The notes under the pieces were generated by a model, which was not told where the DNA came from, did no database searches, and saw only the letters and a program-made list of their open reading frames with translations. The position numbers and the translations under genes are program-made. A DNA stretch of 64,000 nucleotides from Balanoglossus misakiensis (Eukaryota; Animalia; Hemichordata): contig CM082578.2 in the NCBI GenBank assembly GCA_040954595.2, forward strand, positions 8,479,519-8,543,518. Direction: 5' to 3'. Shown piece by piece: positions 55,889 to 64,000 of this stretch. Each line of letters starts with the position of its first letter. The stretch's first letter is position 1.

Positions 55889-57582
55889 ATCAGGCGGTGA
55901 TGTTCAGTCGATTTTCCCCTACTCCAACATTTCAAAGCGCATGGTAAACTTTCGAATGTGGAATCGTTTGATGTTCAAAATGTTCTCAGGCTGTCAAACT
56001 ACGACAAAAACAGTAATCCGAAATTCCAACAGTTACGTAACTGTGTTAGCACTTTTGATGCGGGTCACGTGACGTGACTTGAGACGCGTCAGAGCAAAGT
56101 TTTCGTTGTTGATTGGTTGTAGCCACCTGTGCCATCTCCACTTGGAAATTTCCGTCTAGCCTTCCGTGCATTTCCATAAGAGAGTCAGACGGCCACGCTG
56201 GTGCACGGACCACGAGAAGATGCGGAGAACTCTGCCCCCAAAACAGAGTTTCTCCGCTGGATAGTTTTCATGACGACAGCGGTAAGTAAAGTAACAGAAG
56301 TAGACACATTTACTCAATTTTTGACCAGAAACATGGGCTTTTCTGTGGCGAGTTACGGACAACTAAAAAGCCAGACGTTTACACCACAGAATTGAAAATT
56401 TGATGTGTCACCGTCAGACAGCTCGAGTCAGAGCTTCCCTGCGTTTTAATTCACAAATTCCACCCTTTCGCGTTACTCAACTTGAGATGTACGGTTTAAC
56501 AAATTAGGACAAGTCGGAGTTATAGCTCTACTGGTGGGCGGCAGTTATTATTTTTTTACATAAAATACAAGTTATTTTTTTCGGGAGAGGGGAGGGGCCA
56601 CGATGAATTGGTAGCGGGTTCGATGAATTGACGGCGGGTTCGCGTGTAGTCAGCGTGTTTTCGAGTGTGGGCGAATTCAAAATTTGTATTATACTACCAG
56701 ACAATGACAAAACAGCTTTGAAACGATTTATTGGGAACGGTTATTTTTGTGTGTACGTGCAGTCGTTGCCAAAAAAGAAATATTTTTTTGTCAGAGTTTA
56801 AAATGTTCCGCTTGGCTGTAGGCCTAAACTTGAAAATATGGGAATGTACATAGTGCCATTCTGGGGTTTTGGGCTACTTGTCTGTCAACGAAGCCCTAAA
56901 CATATATTGTCGTCGTGTATAATGTACAATATGCGAATGAACAACAGTTTAGCGTATGGTGATGACGGTTGATATTTGGTTTCGTATTCATGGATAGACA
57001 TTCAATTTGTTTCCTCATATTGCAGATAGAAGGCTGGGATGAACTGATGCTGTACGTTCCGCGTGGATGCTATGATGTTACAAGCATGATGTCAAAGTGA
57101 GCGGTATCAGCCAAGTTTTTTTGGCAATTTTTAAGAACTTTCAACGATTCTGACTGGTACCGGTAGCCAGTTCAGCGAACTGATTTTGCACAAATCTGAA
57201 GAATGCAACAATGCGGATGCTATATGTGCCTGTCGTTAACGTTTTAAAACCAACATGACTACATGCTCGGTGTATGGGTCATTTTTGTTACGGCACCAAC
57301 AAGTTCATCGGCTTTGAATGCTTCGAAAGGTGCTCGTTGTTGTGAGTGTGTGTGTGCGCATGTGTGTGTCACGGTAAGTTGTACGGTATATTTGGGCCAT
57401 GCAACTAGACTACAATGAGGTGAGCGTTTGTATGTTCCATGGCTGAATGAAGACCAGTGGATGATATGAAGTTTCATAACAAGTAAGTTATATAGACATA
57501 AATAAAATCCCCGGTGCGGGTGGGTCCCATCCCTTAGACCGTTGGTTTAATATAATTAATACGCGTTTTTTCAGATGTGTAA

Positions 57583-58313
57583 TCTTTCATCATTTTTCAA
57601 TAAACAAAATATTAAAAACGTGCATACACTGATTAAACTGAGTTATTTATTTCCGTAACGATCATCTACGAGCTTGCGTATATAGTTAATACAACTGTTT
57701 TGAGATTTGTGATCTTTCGTCATTTTTGAATAAAAAAATTAAAAACGTGCATACACTGATTAAACTGAGTTGTTTATTTCCGTAACGATCATCTACGCGC
57801 GTGCGTATATAGTTAATACAACTGTTTTGAGATTTGTGATCTTTCGTCATTTTTGAATAAAAAAAATATTAAAAACGTGCATACACTGATTAAACTGAGT
57901 TGTTTATTTCCGTAACGATCATCTACGCCCGTGCGTATATAGTTAATACAACTGTTTTGAGATTTGTGATCTTACGTCATTTTTGAATAAAAAAAATATT
58001 AAAAACGTGCATACACTGATTAAACTGAGTTGTTTATTTCCGTAACGATCATCTACGCCCGTGCGTATATAGTTAATACAACTGTTTTGAGATTTGTGAT
58101 CTTACGTCATTTTTGAATAAAAATATTAAAAACGTGCATACACTGATTAAACTGAGTTGTTTACTGGTATTTCCGTAACGATTATCTACGCGCTTGCGTA
58201 TATAGTTAATACAACTGTTTTGAGATTTGTGATCTTACGTCATTTTTGAATAAAACATATTAAAAACGTGCATACACTGATTAAACTGAGTTGTTTATTT
58301 CCGTAACGATCAT
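57583..58313. repeat. ~130-bp tandem repeat, ~5.5 copies
   Basis: aaaaacgtgcatacactgattaaactgag recurs at ~57614, 57741, 57871, 58001, 58127 and 58262. Confidence 0.96.
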
Positions 58314-60311
58314 CATCCGTAGCAAATCATATGTTTCAGTTTTTAATATTTCATTTCCTTGTTTTGCAGATGCAGAGACCAGAGTTTTTTTTCGCCATGC
58401 AGTGGTATAGCTGGGTGAGGTAAGGGCAGGTGTGTTCCATGGCTGAACGACCTTGAACTTTATAGACATTAACGTGATCATTTCCTTGTTTTGCAGATCC
58501 AGAGACGAGATCAACTCGTAATTGAATTCATCAACCAAGCTGGGGCCTAAGTGACTGGTTAATTTTGCCATGCAGCAGTATAGCTTGGTGCGGAAAGGGC
58601 AGTATGTTTCAAGCAAGGTTTGACAAGCGATAGAGACAGCAAAGCCCCTCTTTTCATGGTGGCCATTTTGAAGATTTTTTTTTCGATTGACTGGTGCCGT
58701 TTCACAGTCAAGCGAACTGATTTTGCACAAACCTGCATGTAACAATATGGACCCGGTATTATACGTGGATGTCAATTCAATGTTTTAAAACCGACCCGAC
58801 TACTGGATTCAAAGGGTGGCCATTTTGTTATGGCACAAACATGTTCGCCATCTTTGTAGGAGACATTCCATTTACATAATTTTCATTTATTCCAGGGATC
58901 CCATAGATGATACTAAGATGATTGCCAGCCTGTGTGATTGATGTCCAGAGATTACTGCATGGTGGTGGGAAGGTAAGAGTTGTGTACCATCTGCGAATGA
59001 ACAACAATTGGCGTGCAGTGGTGATCATGCTTTGTTTCATGTCCATGTATATTAGACATTCATTTTTACATTGCTTATTTTGCAGATGCAAAGACCAGAT
59101 GTGTATCCGACAACCAAGCTTAGGACAAAGTGTCCATTTTCCACGATTCAGCTGTATGTTACTGGCAGTCTGCAATGACCATCTAACATCTAATGACAAT
59201 AGTATTTCGATTGTTTACCAAGCGGATGCAATGCTATGCTATGGTTCACAAATTTCTTGGAAAATTTGGCATGATTCTGTAAATTACAACTCCTTTGTTT
59301 TCCGTTCTTCACAGAAATAATGTACTTGCTCATTTTTCATATTGTAAGTATACAGATAATACTGTATACATATATCCTCTTTTGTTTATTGTTTCAAAAT
59401 AATTAAAATTATCAATGAACTCGAATAAAATGAAAAACTTGTGTCTGTATCATTTTATTACCCCAACACTCCCTTGATGTTGAAATACAAGATGAAACGG
59501 GTAAGGTAAAAAGTCGGACCGTTAATTTGTAGCAAACTCTGTTGTTCCATTGAAACTCAAAAAGCGTCAGGTTTGCAGCCATTATAGATTGACATCTACA
59601 AAGATGGAAGTTTTACTTGTTTTCTAAATTTGCTAAATTTTTTGCCTTCCATGTCCTCCAACGTTAAGATATAGCAATACCACAGTATTAACGCCACCTA
59701 AAAAATAAAAAATTTCCTGACTTGATAGTTAATCAGCGCCCTCCCCAATGCATCCAAGTGTCTGAGCTCCTAATCCTTATTAGTGATTTCAATAGGAAGT
59801 GACGGGAGGCTGAGGGAGGGGGTCAAAGTTTGGTGTAAGTCGCAGAGGGCGCCATAATATTTTATCACTACTGCAGCAGCAAGTTCAGTGATTACTGAAA
59901 GGGTTTCCCCGACATTTTCTCTGAATCGACATTCCCTGAGAATTCAGTGACAAGCGATCTATCTAAAATATAGCTCAGTATTTGTGTGTTGTTTGTAACC
60001 AACAAACATCAAACGCGTATTAGGTTCTGTACGTTTTGGGCTTGAAAGGCACAATACCGTGACACTTCATCAGAGCCATTTAGTACTCAAACGCCGCCAT
60101 TTTAGGCGAAATCGGCGGAATCACAGTGAGATACCATGAAGTAAATCTAAAACTAATTAATGCATTGATATTAGAAAATTTCATACCACAAAAATCCATT
60201 TCCTGTCAGAAATGCAGAAGAGAAATTGTCTGAGTAGGCAATCTAATCTAGCTGGAACACAATTTGGCGAAATGCAAATTAAATCGACCAATTGCAGGAT
60301 AACATGGAGGT

Positions 60312-63300
60312 AAGTCGAGAATTTGTCATTTTTTGACAACTTTCATGAGCTATAACCCTTGAAAAATGTCCAAATATGACATATTCATCAATGTTCGGAA
60401 AGTCGGAAATATGTCATTTTTTGACAATTTTCATGAGCTATAACCCATGAAAAATGTCCAAATATGACATATTGATCAATGTTCGGAAAGTCGGAAATGT
60501 GTCATTTTTTGACAATTTTCATGAATTATAACCCATGAAAAATGTCCAAATATGACATATGCATCAATGTTCGGAAAGTCGGAAATATGTCATTTTTGAC
60601 AATTTTCATGAGCTATAGGAAAATAACCAAATATGACATATTCATCAAAGTTCGGAAAGTCGAGAATTTGTCATTTTTTGACAATTTCCATGAGCTATAC
60701 GCCAAGAAAAATGTCCAAATATGACAAATTCATCAAAGTTCGGAAAGTCGGAAATATGTCATTTTTTGACGATTTTCATGAGCTATAACCCATGATTTTT
60801 ATCTAAAAATGAAGAATTTTTGATGTTTGGGAAAGTCGAAAAATTGTCAATTTTTGAAGATTTTCATGAGCTATAACCCATGATTTTTATCAAAAAATGA
60901 AGAATTTTTGATGTTTCGGAAAGTCGAAAAATTGTCATTTTTTGACGATTTTCATGAGCTATAACCCATGATTTTTTTTATCAAAAATGAATAATTTTTG
61001 AAAAAATTTTAAACCGAAAAATTGTCATATTTTGATGATTTTCATGAGCTATAACCCATGATTTTATATCAAAAATGAATAATTTTTGAAAAATTTTAAA
61101 GTCGAAAAATTGTAATATTTTGATGATTTTCATGAGCTATAACCCATGATTTTTATCAAAAAATGAAGAATTTTTGATGTTTCGGAAAGTCGAAAAATTG
61201 TCATTTTTTGACGATTTTCATGAGCTATAGCCCATGATTTTTATCGAAAAATGAAGAATTTTTGATGTTTCGGAAAGTCGAAAAATTGTCATTTTTTGAC
61301 GATTTTCATGAGCTATAGCCCATGATTTTTATCGAAAAATGAAGAATTTTTGATGTTTCGGAAAGTCGAAAAATTGTCATTTTTTGACGATTTACATGAG
61401 CTATAGCCCATGATTTTTATCGAAAAATGAAGAATTTTTGATGTTTCGGAAAGTCGAAAAATTGTCATTTTTTGACGATTTTCATGAGCTATAAACCATG
61501 ATTTTTATCGAAAAATGAAGAATTTTTGATGTTTCGGAAAGTCGAAAAATTGTCATTTTTTGACGATTTTCATGAGCTATAACCCATGATTTTTATCGAA
61601 AAATGAAGAATTTTTGATGTTTCGGAAAGTCGAAAAATTGTCATTTTTTGACGATTTTCATGAGCTATAACCCATGATTTTTATCGAAAAATGAAGAATT
61701 TTTGATGTTTCGGAAAGTCGAAAAATTGTCATTTTTTGACGATTTTCATGAGCTATAACCCATGATTTTTATCGAAAAATGAAGAATTTTTGATGTTTCG
61801 GAAAGTCGAAAAATTGTCATTTTTTGACGATTTTCATGAGCTATAACCCATGATTTTTATCGAAAAATGAAGAATTTTTGGTGTTTCGGAAAGTCGAAAA
61901 ATTGTCATTTTTTGACGATTTTCATGAGCTATAACCCATGATTTTTATCGAAAAATGAAGAATTTTTGATGTTTCGGAAAGTCGAAAAATTGTCATTTTT
62001 TGACGATTTTCATGAGCTATAACCCATGATTTTTATCGAAAAATGAAGAATTTTTGATGTTTCGGAAAGTCGAAAAATTGTCATTTTTTGACGATTTTCA
62101 TGAGCTATAACCCATGATTTTTATCGAAAAATGAAGAATTTTTGATGTTTCGGAAAGTCGAAAAATTGTCATTTTTTGACGATTTTCATGAGCTATAACC
62201 CATGATTTTTATCGAAAAATGAAGAATTTTTGATGTTTCGGAAAGTCGAAAAATTGTCATTTTTTGACGATTTTCATGAGCTATAACCCATGATTTTTAT
62301 CGAAAAATGAAGAATTTTTGATGTTTCGGAAAGTCGAAAAATTGTCATTTTTTGACGATTTTCATGAGCTATAACCCATGATTTTTATCGAAAAATGAAG
62401 AATTTTTGATGTTTCGGAAAGTCGAAAAATTGTCATTTTTTGACGATTTTCATGAGCTATAACCCATGATTTTTATCGAAAAATGAAGAATTTTTGATGT
62501 TTCGGAAAGTCGAAAAATTGTCATTTTTGACGATTTTCATGAGCTATAACCCATGATTTTTATCGAAAAATGAAGAATTTTTGATGTTTCGGAAAGTCGA
62601 AAAATTGTCATTTTTTGACGATTTTCATGAGCTATAACCCATGATTTTTATCGAAAAATGAAGAATTTTTGATGTTTCGGAAAGTCGAAAAATTGTCATT
62701 TTTTGACGATTTTCATGAGCTATAACCCATGATTTTTATCGAAAAATGAAGAATTTTTGATGTTTCGGAAAGTCGAAAAACTGTCATTTTTTGACGATTT
62801 TCATGAGCTATAACCCATGATTTTTATCGAAAAATGAAGAATTTTTGATGTTTCGGATAGTCGAAAAACTGTCATTTTTTGACGATTTTCATGAGCTATA
62901 ACCCATGATTTTTATCGAAAAATGAAGAAATTTTGATGTTTCGGAAAGTCGAAAAATTGTCATTTTTTGACGATTTTCATGAGCTATAACCCATGATTTT
63001 TATCGAAAAATGAAGAATTTTTGATGTTTCGGAAAGTCGAAAAATTGTCATTTTTTGACGATTTTCATGAGCTATAACCCATGATTTTTATCGAAAAATG
63101 AAGAATTTTTGATGTTTCGGAAAGTCGAAAAATTGTCATTTTTGACGATTTTCATGAGCTATAACCCATGATTTTTATCGAAAAATGAAGAATTTTTGAT
63201 GTTTCGGAAAGTCGAAAAATTGTCATTTTTTGACGATTTTCATGAGCTATAACCCATGATTTTTATCGAAAAATGAAGAATTTTTGATGTTTCGGAAAGT

Positions 63301-64000
63301 CGAAAAACTGTCATTTTTTGACGATTTTCATGAGCTATAACCCATGATTTTTATCGAAAAATGAAGAATTTTTGATGTTTCGGATAGTCGAAAAACTGTC
63401 ATTTTTTGACGATTTTCATGAGCTATAACCCATGATTTTTATCGAAAAATGAAGAAATTTTGATGTTTCGGAAAGTCGAAAAATTGTCATTTTTTGACGA
63501 TTTTCATGAGCTATAACCCATGATTTTTATCGAAAAATGAAGAATTTTTGATGTTTCGGAAAGTCGAAAAATTGTCATTTTTTGACGATTTTCATGAGCT
63601 ATAACCCATGATTTTTATCGAAAAATGAAGAATTTTTGATGTTTCGGAAAGTCGAAAAATTGTCATTTTTTGACGATTTTCATGAGCTATAACCCATGAT
63701 TTTTATCGAAAAATGAAGAATTTTTGATGTTTCGGAAAGTCGAAAAATTGTCATTTTTTGACGATTTTCATGAGCTATAACCCATGATTTTTATCGAAAA
63801 ATGAAGAATTTTTGATGTTTCGGAAAGTCCAAAAATTGTCATTTTTTGACGATTTTCATGAGCTATAACCCATGATTTTTATCGAAAAATGAAGAATTTT
63901 TGATGTTTCGGAAAGTCGAAAAATTGTCATTTTTTGACGATTTTCATGAGCTATAACCCATGATTTTTATCGAAAAATGAAGAATTTTTGATGTTTCGGA
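60312..64000 (+). repeat. 88-bp AT-rich satellite array (~42 monomers), continuing beyond the window
   Basis: Type B consensus gaaaaatgaagaatttttgatgtttcggaaagtcgaaaaattgtcattttttgacgattttcatgagctataacccatgatttttatc (88 nt), nearly homogeneous from ~61130. Type A monomers occupy 60312-~60790. Confidence 0.98.

Noticed and set aside
57583-58313. Regularly spaced repeats as a possible CRISPR array
   Set aside because: Whole units repeat with no unique spacers; eukaryotic context and no cas genes. The same applies to the 88-bp array.
61130-64000. GAAAAATGA motif like mouse major satellite
   Set aside because: Short A-tract similarity is common in AT-rich satellites; monomer length and the remaining sequence differ.

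Overview
Intron-rich eukaryotic genomic DNA; the gene set and intron style suggest a marine invertebrate deuterostome such as a hemichordate or echinoderm (inference only). Splicing by hand (GT-AG, phase-checked) gives nine protein-coding genes: (1) 5'-incomplete TBC1D25 (+); (2) a 4-exon ~850-aa Q/P-rich protein of unrecognised family with LIR-like and PAM2-like motifs (+); (3) BLVRB-like flavin reductase (-), head-to-head with (4) an mGluR-like class C GPCR with an altered ligand pocket (+); (5) a 25-coding-exon NWD-type DUF4062-NACHT-WD40 STAND protein (+); (6) inside its intron 18, a same-strand nested 5-exon gene encoding a truncated anoctamin/TMEM16-like membrane protein; (7) a secreted Cys-rich, probably GPI-anchored protein (-); and (8) PIERCE1-like (-), head-to-head with (9) NICN1 (+). 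The right end is an 88-bp satellite array running off the window. An inverted copy of its older monomer type lies 5 kb upstream, and the two bracket a segment that holds a 130-bp tandem repeat. Strongest novelty candidates: the nested mini-anoctamin gene, the foldback-like satellite origin, and the class C GPCR lacking the glutamate-selective residues.
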